The notes: generated by a model from the sequence alone, not told the origin. Positions 43,226-51,764 are shown, counted from the stretch's first letter. The stretch: DNA of 57,855 nt from Thermoplasmata archaeon (GCA_030040865.1 JASHSX010000082.1:1-57855); one strand, 5' to 3'. Made by a program: numbers and translations.

Positions 43226-44154
43226 GGGCTCCCCTCCGTCCGCAGTGCCCCCTCGTCCATCTGGCCGACCATCCGGACGAAGACGTCCTCCAGCGTGTCC
43301 TGGCGGGTCTCGAACCCGGACCAGGCGATCCCGCTCGCCTCGATCGCGGCGAGGACCCTCAGCGCGTCCTCCTTCTGGTGAAGCTCGACCTCGACGTGCC
43401 CGTCCTCCGCGCGGGCGACGACCCCGAGCTTATGGGCGAGGTAGTCGCCGAGATCCGGCCCGGCCTGCACCCGGATCCGCTCGGGCGTCCCGTACTGCGC
43501 GATGATGTCGGACGGCGTCCCGCTCGCGATGATGTGGCCGTGGTGGATGATCGCCACCCGGTCGGCGAGCAGCTCCGCCTCCTCGAGGTAGTGCGTCGTG
43601 AGGAACACCGTGCGGCCCTCCTTGCGCAGGGCGCGGATGACGGCCCAGATCGATCGACGCGCGTGGGGATCGAGGCCCGTGGTCGGCTCGTCGAGGAAGC
43701 AGATCTCCGGGTCGTTCACCAACGCAAGGGCGAGCCCCAGCTTCTGCTTCTGCCCGCCCGACAGCGACTCGAACCGGGAGTTCGCCTTGTCCGCGAGCTC
43801 GACACGGTCCAGGAGCTGGACCGGGTCGCGCTCGGTATGGAACAACGAGCGGTAGTAGACGATCGCCTCCGCGGGGGTGATCTTCTCGAAGAACCGGAAG
43901 TCCTGGGGGATCACGCCGATCCGGCGGTGGAGCTCGGCTCCGTCCGACCAGGGATCGAGACCGAGGACCGACACTTCCCCCTCCGAGCGGTTGCGGAGCC
44001 CCTCGAGGATCTCGGTGGTCGTCGTCTTCCCGGCGCCGTTCGGCCCGAGGAAGGCGAAGACGCTCCCCGACTGGACCGAGAAGTCGATGCCGTCGACGGC
44101 CGCGAGCGTCCCGTACCGCTTGCGGAGGCCGTGCACCTCGATAGCACCGGGCAT
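43222..44154 (-). CDS. ABC transporter ATP-binding protein
   Basis: ATG 44154. Walker A GPNGAGKTT, signature LSGGQKQK, Walker B ICFLDEPT. Confidence 0.85.
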   Translation of the reverse strand: MPGAIEVHGLRKRYGTLAAVDGIDFSVQSGSVFAFLGPNGAGKTTTTEILEGLRNRSEGEVSVLGLDPWSDGAELHRRIGVIPQDFRFFEKITPAEAIVYYRSLFHTERDPVQLLDRVELADKANSRFESLSGGQKQKLGLALALVNDPEICFLDEPTTGLDPHARRSIWAVIRALRKEGRTVFLTTHYLEEAELLADRVAIIHHGHIIASGTPSDIIAQYGTPERIRVQAGPDLGDYLAHKLGVVARAEDGHVEVELHQKEDALRVLAAIEASGIAWSGFETRQDTLEDVFVRMVGQMDEGALRTEGSP

Positions 44155-44176
44155 CGTCGCGCCGTGCGCCCGACGG

Positions 44177-44181
44177 TTATC
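44177..44181 (-). promoter_or_regulatory. TATA-like box for the second ABC-2 exporter operon
   Basis: GGTTATCAC core is centred 25 nt upstream of ATG 44154. Confidence 0.4.
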
Positions 44182-44227
44182 ACGGTTCCGGCCGCGAGGG
44201 CGCTATCGGCCGCGCCGGCGCGCTCCG

Positions 44228-46384
44228 TCACGTCGGCGCGTCGATATCGGCCGCCGAGCCCGCACCGACCGTGATCGTTCCGGCGCTCGTCGTGACCTGC
44301 AGGCCGCCGGGTCCGGACCATCCCACCGACAGGCGCCCCCGGTTCCACCGGAGCGTGGCGAAACCGCCACCGATCCGCAGGTGCTCGAGCGCGGCTTCCG
44401 TCCACGCGGCCGGGAACGCGGGTCGCACCCCGATCGATGGCCCCCGCGCGTTCAGCGAGATCCCCCAGACGCGCTCGAACAACAGCGCGAGGAAGGGAGC
44501 CACGCTGAATCCGAGCAAGAAGCAGGCGTCGTACGGTTCGTTCCGGTCCCCCCGGAAGCACTCGTGGGCGAGACCCTCCTGGTCGACGAGCTGCCGCGCG
44601 AGTTGGTCGAGGTGACGATAGGCGAGAACACGGTCCCCGGCGGCGAACGCCGCATCCGCCGCCCACGTCGTGGCGATCGGCCAGACCTGGCCTTGATGGT
44701 ATCCGTGCGGGATGTAGCCGGGGTCCCGATCGGAGAGCGTCCTCAGTCCCCACGCGGTCGTCAGGTCCGCCGCGCTGGCCCGGGCGACCACGGCCCGGGC
44801 CCGGTCGGGATCGAGCAGACCCGCGCTCACCGCGCGGAGGGCGTTCGGCCGGAGCTGGAGGACCGGCTGCCCGTTCCGTATCGAGTCGTACAGGTACGTT
44901 TCGGAGTCCCACCAGTACCGCTCCCGGATCGAGGTGCGGGTCCGGTCCTCGATTCCGGCCGGCAGCGCCCCCGCCTCAAGGAGGGCTGCCGCGCTCCGCA
45001 ACGCCTGCCACCAGAGCACCTGCACGTCGATCGCGTGGTCCCGACGGTCTGCGGAGTCCCAGATCGTCGTGTCCGTCGCGTCGATCCCGTACCGGACCCG
45101 GGTCAGGGACGCGGTGAACGCCCGCATGCGCTCGACCTCGCCGCCGTTCCGGAGCAGCCCGGTCTCGGGATCCATCCGGGCGAGACCCCACGCCACGATG
45201 CGCTGCAGCGTGGGGATCCACTCCGAAAGCACGACGCCGTCCGGGGTGTGGCTCATCAGGCGTTCGACGAGGGAGGGGTAGTACAGCGTCGTGTCCGAGG
45301 TCCCATAGAGGAAGATCGGACCGGGGGCGATCTGCATCGGGAGCTCCCCCGGCTCTCCGCCCAGGATCGGCAGCTCGCTGCGACTCTGGAATCGGAAGAC
45401 CGAGTCGATCGTCCGCTGGGCCCAGCCCACGTCGCCCAACCAGAGCACGGCCGGCAGCATCCAAGCGACGTCGCGGCACCAGATCGCGTCGTACCACGGG
45501 AACCCGGCCCTCAGGCCCGTCAGCTCCTCTCCGGGTGCGGCGTAGAGCCGACGGAGACCATCGCGGGCCCGGCCGTACGCCGCCTCGAGCCCGGGGGCTT
45601 GCGGGAACCGGAAGGTCGGCGTCGTGCCGGCCCAGGCCGCATCGGCATCGGCGACGGATCGGGCGGCGGCCTCCGGATCCGAGAGCGCCGCCTCAAGCGC
45701 GGCGTCGACGGGACGCAACGAACGTTCGAGTCCTCCCGCGACGATCCACGATCGTTCGATCGGATGCCCGGGGCTCACGTCGATCTCCTCTTCCGAGGCG
45801 ATCTCCCGGACCTCCCGCTCGACGTGGCCGCCGAGCCACGAGGCCCGGTCGAGGTACAGGTGGCCGAACAGGTCGCTCGACCGGTACACGAGGCCGAACC
45901 CCCGTTGGGCGACGCGGAGGCCGCGGTTCGTCGTCTCGACCCGGAAACGGACCGGCCGTATCCCCTCGACCGCGACGGGGAACAGGAACGGAACGAATCG
46001 GTTCACGAGACGGATGCAGCGGGTTCCGCCCGAGGTCGAGGAGACCCGGACCGTGCGCACGACCCCGGTCGGTCGATCGATCGCGGCGACGGCATGGAGG
46101 ATCTCGAGTCCGTTCCAGCGGTGGAGGGTACGGTAGGCGCCCGGGACGCGTTCCCCTCCGACGCGGCAGCTGGAGAGCGGCACCGGTGGGCCGTCCTCGA
46201 CCAGCGAGATCGTCCACGGACCGGTCAACCGGACGGACTGGCCGTACGCACCCCCCCATTCGACGGGGGCGCCGCGGGTCTCCTGGAGGAGCTCGAGGTC
46301 ACCCCTTCCGTCCAGGATCGCCGACGCGCTGAGGGAGCTCAGGAGCACGGGGGCCGGCGACGCGTCGGCGGTCGGTTCACTCAC
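44228..46384 (-). CDS. glycogen-debranching-enzyme-like (amylo-alpha-1,6-glucosidase, alpha/alpha-barrel) glycoside hydrolase
   Basis: GTG 46384 overlaps the upstream stop (GTGA). FPWYDAIWCRDVAWMLP and GYHQGQVWPIATTW resemble the conserved GDE C-terminal-domain segments. Confidence 0.55.
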   Translation of the reverse strand: MSEPTADASPAPVLLSSLSASAILDGRGDLELLQETRGAPVEWGGAYGQSVRLTGPWTISLVEDGPPVPLSSCRVGGERVPGAYRTLHRWNGLEILHAVAAIDRPTGVVRTVRVSSTSGGTRCIRLVNRFVPFLFPVAVEGIRPVRFRVETTNRGLRVAQRGFGLVYRSSDLFGHLYLDRASWLGGHVEREVREIASEEEIDVSPGHPIERSWIVAGGLERSLRPVDAALEAALSDPEAAARSVADADAAWAGTTPTFRFPQAPGLEAAYGRARDGLRRLYAAPGEELTGLRAGFPWYDAIWCRDVAWMLPAVLWLGDVGWAQRTIDSVFRFQSRSELPILGGEPGELPMQIAPGPIFLYGTSDTTLYYPSLVERLMSHTPDGVVLSEWIPTLQRIVAWGLARMDPETGLLRNGGEVERMRAFTASLTRVRYGIDATDTTIWDSADRRDHAIDVQVLWWQALRSAAALLEAGALPAGIEDRTRTSIRERYWWDSETYLYDSIRNGQPVLQLRPNALRAVSAGLLDPDRARAVVARASAADLTTAWGLRTLSDRDPGYIPHGYHQGQVWPIATTWAADAAFAAGDRVLAYRHLDQLARQLVDQEGLAHECFRGDRNEPYDACFLLGFSVAPFLALLFERVWGISLNARGPSIGVRPAFPAAWTEAALEHLRIGGGFATLRWNRGRLSVGWSGPGGLQVTTSAGTITVGAGSAADIDAPT

Positions 46385-46860
46385 GGGGGCCCCGGCCGCG
46401 GGGTCTCCGCGATCTCCATCCAGACCGTCGGCGGGATCGCGACCGACGTGAGCTCGAGCCGGACCGTGAGGCGACCGGAGCCCAGCGGCTGTTCCAGATC
46501 GATCGCGAACTCCGTCCGGTCGCCGGGCCGCAGCACCAGCGGGGATTCGGTCGAGACGCTGCTCGTGGGGGACCACGGTCCCGATCCGCCCGGCCGCCAC
46601 CAGCCCCGGCCCGGCGCGACCGGACGTCCGTCGCACCGGAGGGCGACGCCCGAGAAGGCCCCCACGCGCAACGGCGGGTTGAGGAGTCCGAACGACAGTC
46701 GCGTTCCGACGAGCGTGAGCGATCCCGGATCGTACACGGAGCTCTCGACCGTCTCTGCGACGGCCACGAGCGCCTCGATCGAATGGGTACCGAAGTCGAG
46801 TTCGACCGAGAGCCCCTGCCGGATGGACGACAGGATCCCGAGGACCCCCGGCCGGGTCAC
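46381..46860 (-). CDS. hypothetical protein
   Basis: GTG 46860 with an A/T element (CTAAGA on the coding strand) about 25 nt upstream. Translationally coupled to the GDE-like gene. No motif recognised. Confidence 0.5.
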   Translation of the reverse strand: MTRPGVLGILSSIRQGLSVELDFGTHSIEALVAVAETVESSVYDPGSLTLVGTRLSFGLLNPPLRVGAFSGVALRCDGRPVAPGRGWWRPGGSGPWSPTSSVSTESPLVLRPGDRTEFAIDLEQPLGSGRLTVRLELTSVAIPPTVWMEIAETPRPGPP

Positions 46861-46882
46861 GTTCCCGCAGCGGCTCCGTGCA

Positions 46883-46888
46883 TCTTAG
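46883..46888 (-). promoter_or_regulatory. TATA-like box for the orphan/GDE-like operon
   Basis: TCTTAG (CTAAGA on the coding strand) is centred about 25 nt upstream of GTG 46860. Confidence 0.35.
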
Positions 46889-46994
46889 CCTCGCGGTCTG
46901 GGTCCGGCGCGAGGGGGTGCCCCCGCGACCGGGTCCGGACGACCAAACGATTTATCGGTGCACCCCTCCCCGCCCCGACGCCGCCGGTGACGTC

Positions 46995-47924
46995 GTGCCC
47001 CGCTCGCTCCAGGAGGCCCTCGCGCACACGCCGCTGTTCTTCGAGCCCGTCCCCCCGACTGCGCGGGCGAGCGCGACCCGGATCGAGGAGCGGATCACGG
47101 AGGTCGCTGCGCTCGTGCGCGAGTTGCCCCGCGTTGACGCCGTGGACGTGCCCGAGCTCGTGGACGAGAACCACGAGGGGCGACCGTTCTACCGCAGCGC
47201 CGATCCCCGGCTGTTCGGCCGCGCGATCGCCGAGCGGACCGGCCGCGAGGTGCTGATCAACAAGGTCGTGGCCTATCTTCGCAGCGTCGGCGACGTCGAA
47301 GAGTGGGCCCGAGCGACCGTCGGGGACGGGCTCCGACACCTCGTGCTCGTGGGCGGCACGAGCCGGTACATCCCCTATCCCGGCCCTCCCGTGGCGGAGG
47401 CGAACCGGGTCTGCCGTCCGATCGTCGGAGCCGCGGGGGGCCTGCTCGGGAACATCACCATCCCGTTCCGGACCGGCGAAGCGCACCGGATGCTGGCGAA
47501 GACCCGCGCCGGAGCGGCGTTCTTCACGACGCAGCTCGTCTTCGACCCGGTGCCGGTGGTCGGCATGCTCCGGGAATACGACGCCCTCTGCCGGCGGGCG
47601 TCGATCCCGCCGGCCGCCGTTCTCCTCAGCTTCGCCCCCCTGACGGACGAACCGGACGTAGAATTCCTGCGGTGGCTCGGTGCCGAGCTCCCCGAGGAAT
47701 TCGAGCGGGCGATCGAATCCGGCACCGAAGCCGAGGGGCTCGCCCGGAGCGAGGCCCGGGCCTTCGAGGTGTGGGCCGCGGCGTCGGCCGCGGTCACCGC
47801 GGAGAACCTCGCCGTTCCGCTCGGGGTCAACGTCGAGCAGATCTCCGCCCGTCACTTCGGCGGAGCCCGTCAGTTGCTCCGTGCCTTCGCCGCCCGACTG
47901 CCGCCGGCCGACCGGGCGGCCTAG
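46995..47924 (+). CDS. methylenetetrahydrofolate reductase-like protein
   Basis: GTG 46995 is the first in-frame start after ATTTATC at 46950-46956 (track start 46878). FFTTQLVFD resembles the MTHFR TQxxFD segment. TIM-barrel-like beta/alpha alternation. Confidence 0.4.
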   Translation: MPRSLQEALAHTPLFFEPVPPTARASATRIEERITEVAALVRELPRVDAVDVPELVDENHEGRPFYRSADPRLFGRAIAERTGREVLINKVVAYLRSVGDVEEWARATVGDGLRHLVLVGGTSRYIPYPGPPVAEANRVCRPIVGAAGGLLGNITIPFRTGEAHRMLAKTRAGAAFFTTQLVFDPVPVVGMLREYDALCRRASIPPAAVLLSFAPLTDEPDVEFLRWLGAELPEEFERAIESGTEAEGLARSEARAFEVWAAASAAVTAENLAVPLGVNVEQISARHFGGARQLLRAFAARLPPADRAA

Positions 47925-47933
47925 GGCATCCGG

Positions 47934-49091
47934 TCAGCGCCGACGCCGCGTCGGGGTCCTTCCCGCCGTGAACCAAGGCCGGCCGTCGAGCTCGACCTCG
48001 GCGCCATCGAGGGTCGACAGATACGAGAAGCGGCCGCGCTCTCCTCCGACCGCGGGAGGCCCCGCGCCGATCCACAGTCCGATCGCTCCGGCCGCGAGCT
48101 CGCCGAGCTCTGGGGTCCGACCGATCTCGGGATTGAACCCGAACGTGAGCAGGGCCGGAGCTGCCCGGTGGACGCGTTGACGGCCCAGGGCGGCCGCGAA
48201 CGACTCGCCGCCCCGGTCGAAAGAGAACTCCCGGAGGCGGCCCGATCTGAACACGAACCGGGCGCCAATCGAGACCGAGGGCTCCGAGAACCGGTCGTAG
48301 ACCGGTCGGTTCGTCTCCCAGATCCCCTCGGTCGCCCCCGGCCGCAACGGTACGGCCAGGAGGCCGCTCGGGACCTGGGTCCAGAAGCGGCCCGATCGCC
48401 GGTCGGCCGCATCGACCCGACCGTCCTCCAGGAACGGTGGCGAGCGGTCGAGAATCGTGTGGATCTCGGTGCCGTTGGCGTGCCGGATCGTGAGGCGACG
48501 ACCGGCGCGGAGGTCCGCGAGGACCGCCTTCCCGGAACGGGCCAGACGCGACGGTGGCACCAGACTCGCACGTAGGACATCTCGCCGCCACGCACTCGGA
48601 TCGACCCCGAAGCGGTCGGCGGCCGTCTCGGTGACCCCGGCGATCGCGAGGTTGGCGGCCCGGAGCCCCGATCGACGGGCCGCCCGCCACCACGCAGGAC
48701 CCTGCCATCGGACGATCGCTTCAAAGTCCCGTGTCGGGAGCCCGAGAAGGCGCGGGAACGCCTCGGGTCCCCCCAGATAGATGTAGGCCGCGTGGGTCGC
48801 GGCATGCGCCGCATTCGCCTTCGGGAGGTGACGGCGACGGCCGAACGCCAGCGAGCGGAAGAACGCGTCCTCGTCTTCTACGATCAACGACGGGTCGGCA
48901 CCCAGCCGCCGCGCCTCCCAGACGAACGGCCGCGCCCACGGGAGCGCGTGGCCCCACGTCTCGATCGCCACCGACTCGCCGCTCTCGATCGCGAGCGACT
49001 CCTCGAGGACGAGGCGGGCGAGGGCCTCCTCCGGAGACCCGCCGAACGAGGCGCCGCGGGCTCGCGCGGGGTGCCGTGGAGCGTCCGCCAT
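47934..49091 (-). CDS. M29 (aminopeptidase T/AmpS)-like protein, possibly non-catalytic
   Basis: ATG 49091. The N-terminal ALARLVLEESLAIESGESVAIET...ARRLGADPSLIV matches the M29 N-terminal pattern. I could not find the expected His/Glu/Asp metal-ligand motifs in the C-terminal half. Confidence 0.4.
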   Translation of the reverse strand: MADAPRHPARARGASFGGSPEEALARLVLEESLAIESGESVAIETWGHALPWARPFVWEARRLGADPSLIVEDEDAFFRSLAFGRRRHLPKANAAHAATHAAYIYLGGPEAFPRLLGLPTRDFEAIVRWQGPAWWRAARRSGLRAANLAIAGVTETAADRFGVDPSAWRRDVLRASLVPPSRLARSGKAVLADLRAGRRLTIRHANGTEIHTILDRSPPFLEDGRVDAADRRSGRFWTQVPSGLLAVPLRPGATEGIWETNRPVYDRFSEPSVSIGARFVFRSGRLREFSFDRGGESFAAALGRQRVHRAAPALLTFGFNPEIGRTPELGELAAGAIGLWIGAGPPAVGGERGRFSYLSTLDGAEVELDGRPWFTAGRTPTRRRR

Positions 49092-49110
49092 CGGGTACGG
49101 TCGGTCTCCC

Positions 49111-49629
49111 TCACTCCGAGGGATGGTGCGGATGGAGGTGGCCCGTCGTGCCTCCGGCGACGGCGGGCGTCCCCAGGGCGTATCGGCCGAACGCGATGCC
49201 CTTGATCCCGCGCAGATCCTCGGCGGCGTTCACCACTTCGTCGCGTTTTCCGACCAGACCGATGAGTTGCATGCAGGACCCTCCCTCGAGATGGACGTGC
49301 GAGGACGACCGAATGTGGGCGCCCCAGCGGTGCTCGACGGCCGTCAGCCGACGGAGGATGTTCGGGGCTTCGTGGCGGTAGAGCAGCAGGACGCTCGCCA
49401 CCGAATCCGAGTTGGGGTCCCCCAGCTCCTGCTCGGCGAGTTCCTTCCGGATGAGGGCGCGGATGGCGTCCGAGCGGCTCGGCGAGTTCCGCTCGCGTAC
49501 CCAGTGGTCCAGGAGCGCGAGAAGTTCCGGTTCGAGCGAAACGCCCAGACGCACGACGTGCGCGCGCTTCCGACCCTGACGCCGCCGGTCGCGACGGGGT
49601 GCGGTTCTCGGTCGTCTCTTCCCGGGCAT
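49111..49629 (-). CDS. nikR: nickel-responsive transcriptional regulator NikR
   Basis: ATG 49629 (alternative GTG 49554). Ribbon-helix-helix RLGVSLEPELLALLDHWV. Nickel-site motif HVH-x5-C (SHVHLEGGSCMQL). Arg-rich 25-aa N-terminal extension. Confidence 0.8.
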   Translation of the reverse strand: MPGKRRPRTAPRRDRRRQGRKRAHVVRLGVSLEPELLALLDHWVRERNSPSRSDAIRALIRKELAEQELGDPNSDSVASVLLLYRHEAPNILRRLTAVEHRWGAHIRSSSHVHLEGGSCMQLIGLVGKRDEVVNAAEDLRGIKGIAFGRYALGTPAVAGGTTGHLHPHHPSE

Positions 49630-49709
49630 GGGTCCTGCCGGGATCCGCCGGCGGCGCGAGCCAAGTCCGCACCACCTATAACCCGGAGCGCTGGGTCCCC
49701 GGGCGCCAC

Positions 49710-49732
49710 TTTCTGAGTGTTACGTTTCTGAG
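49710..49732. repeat. direct repeat TTTCTGAG x2 (15-bp phasing) flanking GTGTTAC; candidate NikR operator
   Basis: TTTCTGAG occurs at 49710-49717 and 49725-49732, with GTGTTAC at 49717-49723. The element lies between the nikR and NiCoT TATA-like boxes. Confidence 0.6.
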
Positions 49733-49747
49733 ATACAGCACAACGTC

Positions 49748-49754
49748 TTTTATC
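49748..49754 (+). promoter_or_regulatory. TATA box for the NiCoT transporter gene
   Basis: TTTTATC is centred 25 nt upstream of GTG 49776. Confidence 0.5.
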
Positions 49755-49775
49755 CTGTGCGACTTGGGCGGGACC

Positions 49776-50951
49776 GTGTCCCTGGCGGCGGAGCCGACCC
49801 CGAATCCCCTCACGGAGGTTCGCAACCCCATCGTCCTCTCGCGGGGCGAGTGGATCAAAGTCATCCTGATCTACGCGGGCATCATCGCGGCGACCGTCAT
49901 CGGCATCGTCGCGACCTATTGGATCGGACGGCAGTACGCCATCTTCTGGGCGCTGGGGATCCTCGCGTACACGCTGGGCCTTCGGCACGGCGTCGACGCC
50001 GACCACATCTGCGCCATCGACAACACGACCCGGAAGCTGCTCCAGCAGGACAAGCGCCCGACCACCGTCGGGACCTGGTTCTCCCTCGGTCACTCGACCA
50101 TCGTGGTGGCGATGATCGCGGTCCTCGTCATCGCGACCCAGTTCATCGCCAGCAACCTGCCCGCCTTCGAGGCCGACGGGGCGGTGCTCGGTACGCTCAT
50201 CTCCGGAGCCTTCCTCTACGTCATCGCGCTGATCAACTTCCTCATCTTCTGGGAGATCTACCTGATCTTCAAGGCCCTCCGTACGGGAGCCCTGGACCAG
50301 AAGAAGCTGGACGAGACCCTCCTGAAGCGAGGGTTCATGAACCGCTACTTCGGCCGGCTCTTCAAGTTCGTCAACGAGCCGTGGCAGATCTATCCGATCG
50401 GGGTGCTCTTCGGGCTCGGCTTCGACACGGCGTCGGAGGTCGCCCTGATCGCGATTACCGTGACGACGGCGACGGCGGCCGCTCACTTCCCGTTGTGGAT
50501 GGTGATGGTGCTGCCGTTCATGTTCACCTGCGGGATGGTCCTGACCGACACGACCGACGGGTTCGGGATGCGCTTCGCCTACGGGTGGGCGTTCATGCGG
50601 CCCATTCGCAAGGTCTACTACAATCTGACCATGACCGTCATCTCGGTCATCGTCGCCGTGGTCATCGGGACGATCGAACTCTTGGGGGTGCTGGCCTCCG
50701 AACTCAACCTCTCCGGCGGTCCGTTCGGCTTCTGGAACACCATGAACTGGCTGAACAACTCGACCGGGCCCGACGGGATCGAGATCTGGGGCTGGTGCGG
50801 GATCATCATCATCCTCCTGTTCGTCGGGAGTTGGGCGATCTCGATCGCGATCTATCGGTGGAAGCACTTCGAAGAGGTCGGGTTCAGTAAGCCGCCCCCG
50901 CCGCCCGAGGGACCCCCTCGGGAACCGGTCCCCTCGACCGAGTTGACCTAG
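49776..50951 (+). CDS. NiCoT (HoxN/HupN/NixA) family nickel/cobalt transporter
   Basis: GTG 49776, 25 nt downstream of TTTTATC (alternative TTG 49764, track start 49599). Signatures RHGVDADHICAIDN, FSLGHSTIV and LGFDTASEV. Confidence 0.85.
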   Translation: MSLAAEPTPNPLTEVRNPIVLSRGEWIKVILIYAGIIAATVIGIVATYWIGRQYAIFWALGILAYTLGLRHGVDADHICAIDNTTRKLLQQDKRPTTVGTWFSLGHSTIVVAMIAVLVIATQFIASNLPAFEADGAVLGTLISGAFLYVIALINFLIFWEIYLIFKALRTGALDQKKLDETLLKRGFMNRYFGRLFKFVNEPWQIYPIGVLFGLGFDTASEVALIAITVTTATAAAHFPLWMVMVLPFMFTCGMVLTDTTDGFGMRFAYGWAFMRPIRKVYYNLTMTVISVIVAVVIGTIELLGVLASELNLSGGPFGFWNTMNWLNNSTGPDGIEIWGWCGIIIILLFVGSWAISIAIYRWKHFEEVGFSKPPPPPEGPPREPVPSTELT

Positions 50952-51052
50952 TCGCCCCACCGCGGGTCCGAAGGCCCCCCACCCGGCGCCGAACCCGACG
51001 TACCGACCCGGTCGCGTTCCCACCGTTCCGTTCGCCCGGCGCGGGACGCCCG

Positions 51053-51712
51053 CTAGTCGAGGAGCTTCGAGAGCACGACCAGGGCGGGATGGAGGTCGGA
51101 GCTGTCCAGGAGAAAGATCGTGTCGGTGAAGCAGCTCATCGCTTCCACGATGTTGATGCCCTGCGCGGAAAGAACGCCCGTCAGGGTCGTGAGCAGCCCG
51201 GGGGTCTCCTCGATGCTCTCGGGGCTCGTGACCGCGAGCTCGGTGAGGTTCTTCCGGACCCCGATCACCTGGGACTCTCTCAGCTGGTGAACGACCCGCG
51301 CGACCGAGTCCTCGTCGACGATCACCACGACCCCGCGGGAGACCTGGATCACCCGACAGAGCGAGCTCTCGTCCAACAGCTCCTCGACCACGTCGCCGAG
51401 CCGTTGGAGGACGTCCGCGCCCTGGGTCACCGTGATGGCCGCCACCTTGGTCCGGGTCTCGATGCGGCTCTTCCGGAGGACCCGACGGACGCCGACCTCG
51501 CGATGCACCTCGCCCCGCCCCCGAGGGTAGCGACGGCACGCCGCGACGATCGCGTCGAGCTGCTTCAGCTCGAGATCGTCCGCGATCCGGCGGGCGATCG
51601 CCGAGTAGTTCCCGATGTGCATTCGAATGGCGTCCGCCAGCACGGGACGCGCGTCCAGATAGTCCCGGACGCGTCGAGCCACGGAACCGGCATCCTCAGT
51701 CACTTTTGCCAT
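51053..51712 (-). CDS. ACT-domain protein (predicted regulator of amino-acid metabolism)
   Basis: ATG 51712, internal to track ORF 51053-51853. C-terminal ETPGLLTTLTGVLSAQGINIVEAMS is an ACT-like beta-alpha-beta element. Divergent from argG. Confidence 0.55.
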   Translation of the reverse strand: MAKVTEDAGSVARRVRDYLDARPVLADAIRMHIGNYSAIARRIADDLELKQLDAIVAACRRYPRGRGEVHREVGVRRVLRKSRIETRTKVAAITVTQGADVLQRLGDVVEELLDESSLCRVIQVSRGVVVIVDEDSVARVVHQLRESQVIGVRKNLTELAVTSPESIEETPGLLTTLTGVLSAQGINIVEAMSCFTDTIFLLDSSDLHPALVVLSKLLD

Positions 51713-51730
51713 ATTTCGGACACTTTTGCC
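51701..51730. repeat. direct repeat CACTTTTGCC x2 (20-bp phasing) at the ACT-gene start
   Basis: Exact 10-mers occur at 51701-51710 and 51721-51730. On the coding strand this reads GGCAAAAGTG-N10-GGCAAAAGTG, and the downstream copy supplies codons 1-4 (ATG GCA AAA GTG). Confidence 0.6.
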
Positions 51731-51757
51731 CGGGAATGTCGCAGCGCCGCCGCCGAG

Positions 51758-51764
51758 TATAAAT
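51758..51764. promoter_or_regulatory. shared TATA box between the ACT-domain gene and argG
   Basis: TATAAAT lies 44 nt upstream of argG ATG 51805 and 49 nt upstream of ATG 51712 on the other strand. It is the only A/T-rich element in the spacer apart from the repeats. Confidence 0.45.

Noticed and set aside
43877-46888. A 1003-aa ORF antisense to the ABC ATPase, the GDE-like gene and the orphan.
   Set aside because: Same reasoning: an Arg/Pro/Gly-rich shadow frame spanning three real genes on the other strand.
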